Notes: a model not told the origin generated them from the sequence alone. A stretch of 64,000 bases of DNA from Candidatus Staskawiczbacteria bacterium RIFCSPHIGHO2_01_FULL_39_25 (GCA_001820095.1 MHOO01000004.1:1749-65748); one strand, 5' to 3'; positions 1 to 8,815 are shown, counted from the first letter of the stretch. Numbers and translations: made by a program.

Positions 1-1277
1 TATGTCCAAACTGTAAAAAAGCATTCAAAATTGACGAGGCGGGTTTTGCTGACATTGTTAAGCAGGTACGCGATCATGAGTTTGAAGAAGAGTTAAGTAA
101 GCGAGATGCGCTACTGAAGGCAGATAAAGAAAGCGCTATCAAACTTGCCGAGGAACGAACCAAGAATGCATTGAAAGATGACCTGACCAAAAAAGAAACT
201 GAAATCGCTAAACTCAAGGTAGAGAAAGAAAGTGCACTAGCTGTGCTCAAATCTCAAAAAGATGCTGAATTAGCTGAGTTAAAGGCTAAGGTTCAATCTG
301 CCGAAACTGAAAAAACGCTTGCTGTTACTGAGGCTGTGACGAAAGTTGAGAAAGAACGCACTAAACTTGCAACCGAAATAATAATTAAGGATAGTGAAAA
401 ACAGCAACTTGAATCGTCCTTGAAAGAAAAGTATGCCAATGAACTAAAGATAAAAGACGGCGAGATAAAAGCAAAAGACGAAATAATCGAGCGTTTCAAA
501 GACATGAAGGCCAGGCTTTCTACTAAAATGCTTGGTGAAACTTTGGAGCAACATTGTGAAATCGAGTTTAATAAAATTCGTGCTACTGGTTTTCAGAATG
601 CGTATTTTGAAAAGGATACTGATGTTAAGGCCGGTAGTAAGGGCGACTACATTTATCGAGAAACCAATACTTCTGGCAACGAAATTATATCAATCATGTT
701 CGAGATGAAAAATGAACAGGACGAAACTGCCACCAAGAAAAAAAATGAGGACTTTCTAAAAGAGCTCGATAAAGATCGGACTGAGAAAAAATGTGAGTAT
801 GCTGTTCTTGTATCGCTATTAGAAGCTGATAATGAGCTCTATAATAATGGCATTATTGACGTATCACACCGCTTCCCTAAGATGTATGTTATTCGCCCCC
901 AATTCTTCATCCCGATAATAACGTTATTACGGAATGCTGCTATGAAGTCCTTGGAATACAAAGCAGAACTCGCTATTATAAAAAGTCAAAACATTGATGT
1001 TACTAAATTTGAGGATCATTTAAACGATTTTCGCGAAGGATTTCGCCGTAACTTCAATCTTGCATCTGAAAAGTTTAAAACTGCCATAGAAAATATAGAT
1101 AAATCTATTGCACAACTTCAAAAAACTAAAGATGCCTTACTATTTTCCGAGAATAATTTACGTTTAGCTAATGATAAAGCCGAGGATTTAACCATTAAGA
1201 AGTTGACGCGGGGGAATCCGACAATGACAGCAAAATTTACTGAACTGAAAATTGATGAAAATAAATCAAAAACTTGA
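1..1277 (+). CDS. DUF2130-like protein, N-terminus off-window (CxxC zinc ribbon, long coiled coil, globular C-terminal domain)
   Basis: The frame of ORF 171..1277 stays open back to base 3 ([19 protein letters not shown]...). It has an E/K-rich coil and a C-terminal [15 protein letters not shown] block. The family call is from memory. Confidence 0.6.
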   Translation, partial: CPNCKKAFKIDEAGFADIVKQVRDHEFEEELSKRDALLKADKESAIKLAEERTKNALKDDLTKKETEIAKLKVEKESALAVLKSQKDAELAELKAKVQSAETEKTLAVTEAVTKVEKERTKLATEIIIKDSEKQQLESSLKEKYANELKIKDGEIKAKDEIIERFKDMKARLSTKMLGETLEQHCEIEFNKIRATGFQNAYFEKDTDVKAGSKGDYIYRETNTSGNEIISIMFEMKNEQDETATKKKNEDFLKELDKDRTEKKCEYAVLVSLLEADNELYNNGIIDVSHRFPKMYVIRPQFFIPIITLLRNAAMKSLEYKAELAIIKSQNIDVTKFEDHLNDFREGFRRNFNLASEKFKTAIENIDKSIAQLQKTKDALLFSENNLRLANDKAEDLTIKKLTRGNPTMTAKFTELKIDENKSKT

Positions 1278-1379
1278 TATTGCATTAACTTTCTTTAGTA
1301 GAGGAATCGTGCTTGCTGATTGAGCCACAGAGATATTTTCCCAGAACCACGTTTGGATCACATCCCACTTCTCGCGCAT
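1266..1379 (-). CDS. short ORF family 1, copy A (37 aa, [23 protein letters not shown]...)
   Basis: The paralogous copy at 8839..9090 differs mainly at synonymous third positions. The ATG (1379..1377) lies exactly at the junction with element M. No clear promoter or SD of its own. Confidence 0.35.
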   Translation of the reverse strand: MREKWDVIQTWFWENISVAQSASTIPLLKKVNAISSF

Positions 1380-1517
1380 ATGGAAAAAGACTGTCTTGTA
1401 GACAGTCTTTTTCCATATATTCGATTGGGATTTGAAGGGCGCCGAGTTTCCTTGTTGACTTTGTGTGAGGCGCCTAGGCCGCGAGTCGGAGCGAGCGGAA
1501 ATCCCTTCGCTCGCGCA
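1379..1517. mobile_element. 139-nt hairpin-rich insertion element M, copy 1, bounded by TCGCGCA (1372..1378 and 1511..1517)
   Basis: Close paralog of identical length at 11640..11778. The uninterrupted junction TCGCGCA|TTCTTTC is seen at 11078..11091. It has three internal hairpins, including a 19-bp-arm palindrome at 1378..1418. Confidence 0.6.
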
Positions 1518-1523
1518 TTCTTT

Positions 1524-1576
1524 CAAAATCACCTTTTTAAGGTGATTTTGGTTATTTTGAAATTCTGTGTTATAAT
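1524..1576 (+). promoter_or_regulatory. module R1 copy 1: 12-bp-stem hairpin (1524..1550) plus extended -10 promoter TGtTATAAT (1568..1576)
   Basis: CAAAATCACCTT-ttt-AAGGTGATTTTG is a perfect palindrome. The TGn+TATAAT follows. The same module recurs at 11091..11155. Confidence 0.45.
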
Positions 1577-1582
1577 AAAACT

Positions 1583-1710
1583 GCAAAGGAAAATCCTCTG
1601 GCATATGATTTATCGGTAAAAATAAGGCGATTAAACAAAAAAAGCGATTGGGAGATTTCACCCGCCAAGAGGAACAATCCTTTGAGGTGCAAATCCCAGT
1701 CGCTTTTTGT
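1583..1710 (+). ncRNA. candidate short transcript or 5' leader ending in a terminator-like hairpin
   Basis: It lies downstream of the R1 -10 box. A 12-bp stem (1642..1653 / 1694..1705) encloses about 40 nt and is followed by a T-run. No credible ORF. It sits 50 nt upstream of the kinase gene. Confidence 0.3.
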
Positions 1711-1760
1711 TTGAAAGGTTGAAGTTGCCTTCATAATTATTCATTTAAGTTACAAAAATT

Positions 1761-2648
1761 ATGGAAGAAAAAGTAGGCAATAAAGAAGGCGACCAACCTA
1801 AGGTTTTGAATTTTACTGGAGAGGAATATTTGGAAGTCGGAGAGATTGCCAAACCATTTTGGGAAAAAGGAGTTTCCGAAAATTTGCCAAAGTTTGTTAT
1901 TTATATGGGAGGGGTCGGTTCTGGAAAAACAACTATGCGGAGGCATCATCAGTCAAGCGGCTATGTGCATTTTGATTTTGGAGAAATTTGCATAGCAATG
2001 GAAAAAGGATTTGGTAAAGATAATCCAAAGTTACCGAATTATGAACTCTTGGCTGGCTCTATGATTTTACAAGAAAGCGTAGAAGCCAAAAAGAACATCG
2101 TGATTGAAATTATTGGTGACGATGAAAAACTATTCATTCCTGTCATAAAAAAAATGAAGGAGATTGGGTATGAAACCTCTCTCCAATTTATTGCGTGTAA
2201 ACCCGAAGACGCATATGGGCGTCACTTAAAGGCTGTAGAAGAAGATAAAGATTATATCTCTTCTTTTTATACGCAAGAAGCTACCTTATCGTTCTTTTAC
2301 GAACAACTTCAATTAGGGAAAATGCCCGAAGCCGTAGAAAAGGATAAAAAATACTTAGTAAAAGTTGATGATAACTTTCACCCTATGGATACAGGTGAAG
2401 CATATGACGACAAGACCTATTCATCATTGGAAGAAGCAGTTAAGAGATGTAAAGAAATAACCATTGACAGCCTTATGCATTCCTATAAGAAGGGGATAAA
2501 TGCAAGTGAACTGTTAGAACAATGGATGGCATTCGGAGATGACCCGTTTGTTTATACTGGAGAAGGAGATTTGCCATTCTCTGCAAGAGATTTTGTTACA
2601 GAAGAATTATGCCTCTACATCATCAAAGAAATGGAAAATATAGAATAA
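1761..2648 (+). CDS. P-loop kinase-like protein (zeta-toxin/AAA-type N-domain) with an unknown C-terminal domain
   Basis: Walker A GGVGSGKTT near residue 50, and a hhhhD-type Walker B (IVIEIIGDD). AAATTATG start context. C-terminal 100 aa unassigned. Confidence 0.5.
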   Translation: MEEKVGNKEGDQPKVLNFTGEEYLEVGEIAKPFWEKGVSENLPKFVIYMGGVGSGKTTMRRHHQSSGYVHFDFGEICIAMEKGFGKDNPKLPNYELLAGSMILQESVEAKKNIVIEIIGDDEKLFIPVIKKMKEIGYETSLQFIACKPEDAYGRHLKAVEEDKDYISSFYTQEATLSFFYEQLQLGKMPEAVEKDKKYLVKVDDNFHPMDTGEAYDDKTYSSLEEAVKRCKEITIDSLMHSYKKGINASELLEQWMAFGDDPFVYTGEGDLPFSARDFVTEELCLYIIKEMENIE

Positions 2649-2650
2649 TT

Positions 2651-2873
2651 TGCTATACTCTACTTGGAATAGCCAGAGTTGATATTTTTGGGCATTCGGC
2701 TCAAAACATTGCTGTGTAATAAGTCCGTCATCCGCCTTTGTGCGGTGGATTTGCAAAGTTTGCAAAAGGTGCGGTTAAAAGTGGCGGTGGCTTACGGGTC
2801 TATCAAGAGTGCTACTCCAAAAAAGATTTTATTTTAGAAAAATATTAAAGGCCTTCCATTGGCCTTTTTTTGT
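2651..2873 (+). ncRNA. candidate ORF-less transcript: extended -10 TGcTATACT (2651..2659) to terminator (2848..2873)
   Basis: I found no ATG between about 2666 and 2850. There are internal CCGC..GCGG and TTTGCAAA palindromes. The terminator is AAAGGCC-ttccatt-GGCCTTT plus a T-run. Confidence 0.3.
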
Positions 2874-3051
2874 TTGGAATATGCGAAAATGCGTCTCGGG
2901 CGCGAGAGCGCAACGGAGATACCGCGGAAGGCCAAGGAAATGTATTTGGAAATAGAAATTACAATGAGATAAATAGGTTGAAATTTATGTCAAAAAGGAG
3001 TAAATTAAAGTAATTTCCCATCAAAATCTCCGCTAAAAGTAGGGAATAGTG

Positions 3052-3077
3052 AATACGCAAGACGCCTTGCGTATTCA
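3052..3077. repeat. 26-nt hairpin repeat AATACGCAAGACGCCTTGCGTATTCA, left copy
   Basis: Identical copy at 8816..8841. 10-bp stem with a 4-nt loop. The two copies bracket the R-M gene block. Confidence 0.8.
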
Positions 3078-3147
3078 AAGAGATGAATGGGGGGGTTGGG
3101 TGGTGCGTGGTCGGAGTAAAATCGTCAAAAAATGGTAAAATAGGAAT

Positions 3148-4905
3148 ATGAAAATAAAAGATTTGCCAAAAATTGATCGGCCAAGGGAAAAATTCCTTGA
3201 GAAGGGTTCAGATGCATTGACCAATAGCGAACTTTTGGCTATTTTGCTTGGCAGTGGAATAAAAGGAACGAATGTAAAAGTATTGTCCCAAAAGATCATC
3301 AAGAAATTTGGAGATAACCTGGTAAATGTTTCGGTTGAGGATTTAATGAAAATCTCAGGAATTGGAGAAGCCAAAGCTTTGCAAATCGCGTCCACTATGG
3401 CTTTAGCTAAAAGAATTTTTGATAAACAAAACTCGTTAGATAATTTAATTTTATCCGCGCAGGATGCGATAGATCTTGTATCGGATTTAAGAGATAAAAA
3501 GCAGGAACACCTAATTTGCCTTTATTTAAATGCTCGTAACGCTTTAATAAAAAAAGAGATCATTTCAGTTGGCATATTAGATAAAAGTATTTTTCATCCT
3601 AGGGAAGTTTTTGCTCCAGGACTAGAAATGCGCGCCGCAGGCGTTATCCTTGTTCATAATCATCCTTCTGGCGATCCAAATCCAAGCCAGCAAGACAAAG
3701 AGGTGGCTAAAAGAACCGTTGAGGCTGGAAAATTAATGGGCATCAATGTTATTGATTTTCTCATCATCGCAAAAAATGGCTCGCACAGCTTGCTTGGTGA
3801 TATTAAAAATATCCAATTAATAGATACTGGGTATGTCGCCGAAGGGTTCCAGGCCTCTTTGTTTGATTTGCTTACGGATGCGGACAACTCTCCTTCTGGC
3901 GTGAAAAATTTAGACAAAAATAAAAAGAGCGTGAGCACTTTGCGATTTATGGATTTTTGTGCGGGGATTGGCGGTGGTCGTCTCGGTCTTGAGAATTTAG
4001 GCTTAGAATGTGTCGGATTTTCAGAGATAGATAAGCATTCTGAAAGAACTTATAGAGAATTCTTTGGAGATAGAGAAAAAAATTATGGAGATTTGATGAA
4101 AATCAATCCAGGTGATTTACCCAATTTTGAAGTGATGATCGCCGGCTTTCCGTGCCAAACTTTTTCTGTTATGGGTCAGAGGAAGGGCATGAAGGATGAT
4201 AGGGGGCAGGTTATTTATGGTTTAATTAAAATAATGAAAGGTAAAGATCTGCCCTACTTTATATTAGAAAATGTAAAAGGATTAGTGAATCATAATAATG
4301 GCAACTCATTTAGAGTGATTTTAGATGAGCTAGATAAAGCCGGATATAAAGTTTATCCCAAGGTTTTGAGTAGTTTGAATCATGGCGTGCCGCAAATGAG
4401 AGAAAGAATTTATTTTGTGGGTGTCAGAAAAGACCTTGTTAAAAAAGGCAGAGAATTCAGGTGGCCAGATCCCGTCAAAACTCCTAAGGTGGCAGAGTAT
4501 TTAATTGATACCAGCAAGCTAGAATTTAACGAAAGAAAAAGATCATACGAAACATTTATAAAATTTATAGATAATAAATATAACAAAGGATTATTTAAGG
4601 TGGATGATTTACTAAAGCAAGAATATTTAATACTAGATACTAGGCAGTCAGACTTAAGATTATACAACGATAAAGTGCCAACACTTAGAACGGGCCGACA
4701 TGGTATTTTGTATGTTAAAAATGGTAAATTTAGGAGTTTATCAGGTTTTGAGGCGTTGCTTTTGCAGGGCTTTCCTAAGAGATTAGCAGAGAAGACGAAA
4801 AATAAAATTAATGATATTTATTTATTAAGCCAGGCTGGAAACGCCATGACAGTTAGTACGATTGAGTCTATAGGAAAAAACTTGCTAAATTATATACAAA
4901 GCTAA
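3148..4905 (+). CDS. fusion protein: N-terminal RadC/JAB (JAMM) domain + C-terminal C5-cytosine DNA methyltransferase
   Basis: RadC-like N-terminus with HNHPSGDPNPSQQD. This is followed by the m5C motifs FCAGIGG (I), FPCQTFS (IV), ENVKGL (VI), QMRERIYFVG (VIII) and GNAMTV (X), all in one uninterrupted ORF. Confidence 0.85.
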   Translation: MKIKDLPKIDRPREKFLEKGSDALTNSELLAILLGSGIKGTNVKVLSQKIIKKFGDNLVNVSVEDLMKISGIGEAKALQIASTMALAKRIFDKQNSLDNLILSAQDAIDLVSDLRDKKQEHLICLYLNARNALIKKEIISVGILDKSIFHPREVFAPGLEMRAAGVILVHNHPSGDPNPSQQDKEVAKRTVEAGKLMGINVIDFLIIAKNGSHSLLGDIKNIQLIDTGYVAEGFQASLFDLLTDADNSPSGVKNLDKNKKSVSTLRFMDFCAGIGGGRLGLENLGLECVGFSEIDKHSERTYREFFGDREKNYGDLMKINPGDLPNFEVMIAGFPCQTFSVMGQRKGMKDDRGQVIYGLIKIMKGKDLPYFILENVKGLVNHNNGNSFRVILDELDKAGYKVYPKVLSSLNHGVPQMRERIYFVGVRKDLVKKGREFRWPDPVKTPKVAEYLIDTSKLEFNERKRSYETFIKFIDNKYNKGLFKVDDLLKQEYLILDTRQSDLRLYNDKVPTLRTGRHGILYVKNGKFRSLSGFEALLLQGFPKRLAEKTKNKINDIYLLSQAGNAMTVSTIESIGKNLLNYIQS

Positions 4906-4906
4906 T

Positions 4907-5686
4907 ATGAAACAAATGAAAAAGAAAAATATTCTCGAAATGATTGCTCGCGGTTCTAAAACCGCGAAAGGTGGATTTAAGAATGAAAAGGATGTTATTA
5001 AAAAGTTTAATAATTGGGAAAAAGACGCTATCGCACAAAAATGGCTTGAAATGATGAACTATGATTTAAAGGATATTGAATATGTAAAAGCAACTAAGAT
5101 ACGCGGCCACTATAAGGCTGATATTCAAGTTAGGATTCAAATAGTAATTAAATTAAAATCTCAGTCAGATATACAAAATCTACAAGTAAAATTAGTTAGC
5201 AACCCTCAGGGATTTAATCAGATAGATAAAAGATGGGTTGATAAATACGCAGAAATGTGGAGCATCCCCGTAGATATAGTGAAACTGCTAAAACTTTTTA
5301 CTGGGGAGGCAAAACCAATAAGCAGTAAAATAAAAGATTCAAGAAGAATGCTTTTAACTGAACTTAAAATAGTAGATCAGCAAAAGGTTATTGATTTCTT
5401 CGACCATAATAAAATTCTGGTTATTTCAGATTTATTAAAAGGAAGGGGTGAATTTTCCGCTGATTGGGTTTTAGTGATCTTGAAATTGAAAAAGGAAAGT
5501 AGGTGGGTTTTAAGATCAATTAATGAAGCGATGAATGTTTTTGGAGGTGGCGACGTCAGAATAACGTCGCAGGGAGGTTTGAAAATCGGTAAGATTGGAA
5601 TGCAAAGAAAGGGTGGAGATAATGGGAGAGACAGCGCTAAAATGCTTCAATTTAAAATTAATCCAATTGAGCTCTTCAAGAATTAA
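4907..5686 (+). CDS. putative type II restriction endonuclease partnered with the adjacent m5C methyltransferase
   Basis: It starts 2 nt after the MTase stop and is followed by vsr. K-A-D-I-Q-V block. The C-terminal tail ..AKMLQFK resembles my recollection of the MspI-type tail, which is weak evidence. Confidence 0.5.
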   Translation: MKQMKKKNILEMIARGSKTAKGGFKNEKDVIKKFNNWEKDAIAQKWLEMMNYDLKDIEYVKATKIRGHYKADIQVRIQIVIKLKSQSDIQNLQVKLVSNPQGFNQIDKRWVDKYAEMWSIPVDIVKLLKLFTGEAKPISSKIKDSRRMLLTELKIVDQQKVIDFFDHNKILVISDLLKGRGEFSADWVLVILKLKKESRWVLRSINEAMNVFGGGDVRITSQGGLKIGKIGMQRKGGDNGRDSAKMLQFKINPIELFKN

Positions 5687-5691
5687 GTTTC

Positions 5692-6102
5692 ATGACCGAC
5701 ACTGTTTCCAAAAAGAAACGCAGTGAAATAATGTCCCGCGTTAAAAACAGAGACAGTAAAATAGAGATTCTTTTGAGAAAAAGATTATGGAAAGAGGGCA
5801 TAAGGTATAGAAAGAATGCAAATAAATATTTTGGTAAACCCGATATTGTCCTAAAAAGATATAAGGCAGTTATTTTTGTGGATTCTTGTTTTTGGCATGG
5901 ATGTAAAAAGCATTGTCGCATTCCTTCTATTCGTAAAAAGTATTGGGTAAACAAGATTTCTAGGAATAAAATTAGAGATAAAGAAGTGGGTAAATACTAC
6001 AAAAAAGTCGATTGGAGAATTTTAAGAGTATGGGAGCATGATATTGAGAAAAGTTTTGAAAAATCATTTTTTGAAGTGTTGGAGTTTCTAAAAGGAAAGT
6101 AG
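5692..6102 (+). CDS. vsr: very short patch repair endonuclease
   Basis: RSEIMSRVKNRDSKIE, GKPDIVL, FVDSCFWHGC and N..RD motifs typical of Vsr. It sits in an m5C MTase context. Confidence 0.9.
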   Translation: MTDTVSKKKRSEIMSRVKNRDSKIEILLRKRLWKEGIRYRKNANKYFGKPDIVLKRYKAVIFVDSCFWHGCKKHCRIPSIRKKYWVNKISRNKIRDKEVGKYYKKVDWRILRVWEHDIEKSFEKSFFEVLEFLKGK

Positions 6103-6106
6103 ATTT

Positions 6107-8263
6107 ATGAAAAAGCTGAAAGTAAAGCTAGAGAATTGCTATGGGATTAAAAAGCTAGGGCACAGCTTTGATTTTTCCAAACACAAAACATATTCAATTT
6201 ACGCTTCCAATGGCGTGATGAAAACATCTTTTACAAAGACCTTCTTGAGGCTAAGCGAAGGTAAAATGCCAGAAGAGTTAATTCATGGCTATCCGTCTGA
6301 ATATGAAGTAAAAATCGATGGGCAAACCATAGAGAAAGAGGCAATATTTGTAATTAAATCCTATATCAAAAGTTATCAATCGGGGAATATACATACCTTG
6401 CTAGTTGACGGGAAAAGTCAAAAAGAATACTACGATATCTACTCTGCCATATTGGAAGAAAAGAATAAATTACTGCCTAGGATAAATAAATTATCGGGCG
6501 TCAAGAAGGACGAAATAGAGCCGAAAGTTATTAGAGATTTTCAGAAAGAAAACTTTTTTGATATTTTAAAGGGATTAGAGGTAGATTCTATTAAGGAAGA
6601 TTTTTCAGGTATAAAATACGATGTCATTTTTAATGATGATAGTATTAAATTTCTTGAAAGTCCGGAAGTTTTAAAAAATATAAAAGAATACATAAAGATA
6701 TCTGACAAAATAATAAGCAATTCTAAGTTTTTTAAAAAAGGCACTTTTACTTCAATGAATGCTGACAATGTTGCAACCGCATTAAAAAAGGAAAACTTTT
6801 TTTCGGCAAAGCATGCTGTGAAGATAGATGGTCAGGCTGAGCTAATAGAAAGCGATAAAGATCTTGCTGCAAGGATAGCGACTGAAAGAAAGGAGATATT
6901 AACAAGCCCAGAATTGAAGAAGATAGAGGATGCTATTACCGCGAAGGCGGCAAACAGGTCTTTCAAGATTTTCCTAGAAGAGAATCCTGGTATTTTAAGT
7001 TATCTTGAGGCAGATAGATTGGGAGAACTTAGAAAAAACTTATGGAAGTCTTATTTCAAAAAAGAAAAAGCTTTATATATGGAGTTGATGGATAAATACA
7101 CTAAAGGTAAAAAAAAGTTAAATGAAATAGAGGAAAAAGCAGTTCAGCAAATGTCTATCTGGGACGAGGTGGTTAAAAAGTTTAAAAAAAGATTTTTTGT
7201 TCCATTCAATATAAGTATTGAAAATAGGAGAAGTGCAATAATAGGGAGAGAGTTGCCGAATATTTCTTTTCACTTTGATGATGGGAACTCAAAGCCAAGA
7301 AGTCTTAAAAGAAATGAGTTAGATAGCCTTGAGGCTTTGAGTCACGGAGAAGAAAAAGCTTTATATATTCTAAATATAATTTTTGAAATAGAGTCTAGGA
7401 AACGGGCAGGGCAAAAAACATTACTTGTGATTGATGATATTGCAGACTCATTTGATTATAAAAATAAATACGCCATCGTTGAATACCTTAAAGAAAACTC
7501 AAAGGAAAAAGACTTTTTCCAGATAATTTTGACTCACAATTTTGACTTTTTTAGAACTCTCAGGAGTCGCATTGATGGAGAGTGGGAAAACTATTTAATA
7601 GCACACAAGACTAGTACGGGAATTCTTTTAGAAAGCATTGTGGGTAAAAATATTATAGATCCCTTTGCGGCATGGAAGCTAAAATTAAAAGGTAACGGCA
7701 AAGAATTTATCGCTTCGGTGCCCTTTATTAGGAATTTAATTGAATATCTAGGTGAAGGCAGTGGTGAAAATCGTTACGAAAAATTAACGTCTCTTCTGCA
7801 TATTAAGAAAGGTATACCTGATATTGAAGTACAGGAATTGCATGATATTTTTAACAACACCCTAAATCCCAAAGTACAATTTCAAAAGATAGGAAGACAG
7901 CCAGTAAAGAAGTTAATTTATGATTTAGCTGACAGCATAGAAAAAGATAATTCAGAAACAATAAACTTGGAAAACAAGATTATCTTATCTATTGCCATTA
8001 GATTAGTAGCAGAGGAATTCATGTGGGCCAAAGTAACTGATTCCACTCCAATTAATGGCTCTCAAACAGGCTTATTGTTCGATAGGTTTTTAAAAGATTT
8101 TGAAACCAAAAAAGAAGAGAAGGGTAATATAGAAGTTTTGAGTAAGGTTGTGTTGATTACGCCTGAAAATATACACCTCAACTCTTTTATGTACGAGCCA
8201 ATTTTGGACATGTCTGATTTTGAACTGAAACAGCTATATAGTGAAGTAAAAATTTTAAAATAA
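6107..8263 (+). CDS. ABC/SMC-type (AAA_13-like) ATPase with a degenerate Walker A and an unassigned C-terminal domain
   Basis: IYASNGVMKTSF occupies the place of GxNGSGKT. Signature-like LSHGEEKALYIL, Walker B LLVIDDIADSFD and a central coiled region. The architecture recalls PrrC/RloC-type proteins. Confidence 0.6.
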   Translation: MKKLKVKLENCYGIKKLGHSFDFSKHKTYSIYASNGVMKTSFTKTFLRLSEGKMPEELIHGYPSEYEVKIDGQTIEKEAIFVIKSYIKSYQSGNIHTLLVDGKSQKEYYDIYSAILEEKNKLLPRINKLSGVKKDEIEPKVIRDFQKENFFDILKGLEVDSIKEDFSGIKYDVIFNDDSIKFLESPEVLKNIKEYIKISDKIISNSKFFKKGTFTSMNADNVATALKKENFFSAKHAVKIDGQAELIESDKDLAARIATERKEILTSPELKKIEDAITAKAANRSFKIFLEENPGILSYLEADRLGELRKNLWKSYFKKEKALYMELMDKYTKGKKKLNEIEEKAVQQMSIWDEVVKKFKKRFFVPFNISIENRRSAIIGRELPNISFHFDDGNSKPRSLKRNELDSLEALSHGEEKALYILNIIFEIESRKRAGQKTLLVIDDIADSFDYKNKYAIVEYLKENSKEKDFFQIILTHNFDFFRTLRSRIDGEWENYLIAHKTSTGILLESIVGKNIIDPFAAWKLKLKGNGKEFIASVPFIRNLIEYLGEGSGENRYEKLTSLLHIKKGIPDIEVQELHDIFNNTLNPKVQFQKIGRQPVKKLIYDLADSIEKDNSETINLENKIILSIAIRLVAEEFMWAKVTDSTPINGSQTGLLFDRFLKDFETKKEEKGNIEVLSKVVLITPENIHLNSFMYEPILDMSDFELKQLYSEVKILK

Positions 8264-8270
8264 GAAAACT

Positions 8271-8393
8271 ATGATTCAGCTAATTCTAATTTTCATTATC
8301 GGAGCTATGGTTGGATTTTTGGTGGCGTCGTGGGTTTGGTTTATGAGAAAATGGGGACAGCCACCATTTATTCGGAATGGTAAAGAAAGTTAA
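8271..8393 (+). CDS. small membrane protein (40 aa)
   Basis: MIQLILIFIIGAMVGFLVASWVWFMRKWGQPPF.. forms one TM helix. AAACTATG start context like the core genes. Too short for the ORF track. Confidence 0.35.
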   Translation: MIQLILIFIIGAMVGFLVASWVWFMRKWGQPPFIRNGKES

Positions 8394-8416
8394 GCGCGTT
8401 ATTTGCAAAAAATAAA

Positions 8417-8476
8417 TTTATTAAACTACTTGTGGTGAGTTTATTAAACTACTTGTAGTGAGTTTATTGAACTATG
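8417..8476. repeat. 23-nt tandem direct repeat, about 2.6 copies (TTTATTAAACTACTTGTGGTGAG)
   Basis: Copies at 8417..8439 and 8440..8462 differ by 1 nt. A partial third copy (8463..8476) contains the ATG of the downstream gene. Confidence 0.8.
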
Positions 8477-8812
8477 ACCTATTTATTAATTTTAATCCTT
8501 GGCGTGGTGGTGGCGGTTGCGTTTCTTTTTTGGATTGCTAAAAGGGAATCTAAACAATACGGGACCGGTACTGGCGAAGAGCTGGTGGGTATTTGTGTTT
8601 CGGCCATTGAAACCGCTTCACAAAAAGAGGGGCGCAAGCAAAGGGTGCTGGTCATGCTTCAGGAAAAAAACGGGCTTTCCAATGCTTATATCCGGAAAGT
8701 GTTGGGCGTATCCAGCCGTTCCGTTGTAAACTATATGGACGAACTTGAAAAAGAGGGGAAAGTTGAGCAGATTGGAAAAGTTGGCCAATCCGTAACCTAT
8801 CGGGCAAAATAG
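8474..8812 (+). CDS. membrane-anchored winged-helix (MarR/ArsR-like) DNA-binding protein
   Basis: N-terminal TM helix (LLILILGVVVAVAFLFWI) followed by a wHTH-like segment, LSNAYIRKVLGVSSRSVVNYMDELEKEGKV. Confidence 0.5.
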   Translation: MTYLLILILGVVVAVAFLFWIAKRESKQYGTGTGEELVGICVSAIETASQKEGRKQRVLVMLQEKNGLSNAYIRKVLGVSSRSVVNYMDELEKEGKVEQIGKVGQSVTYRAK

Positions 8813-8815
8813 CCC

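Noticed and set aside
1266-1661. Track ORFs 1266..1661 (-) and 1320..1619 (+) as real genes.
   Set aside because: They run through element M and module R1, which are palindromes read as protein. The copy at 11640..11778 has a stop in the equivalent frame. Only the first 37 codons on the minus strand (1266..1379) show a coding signature.
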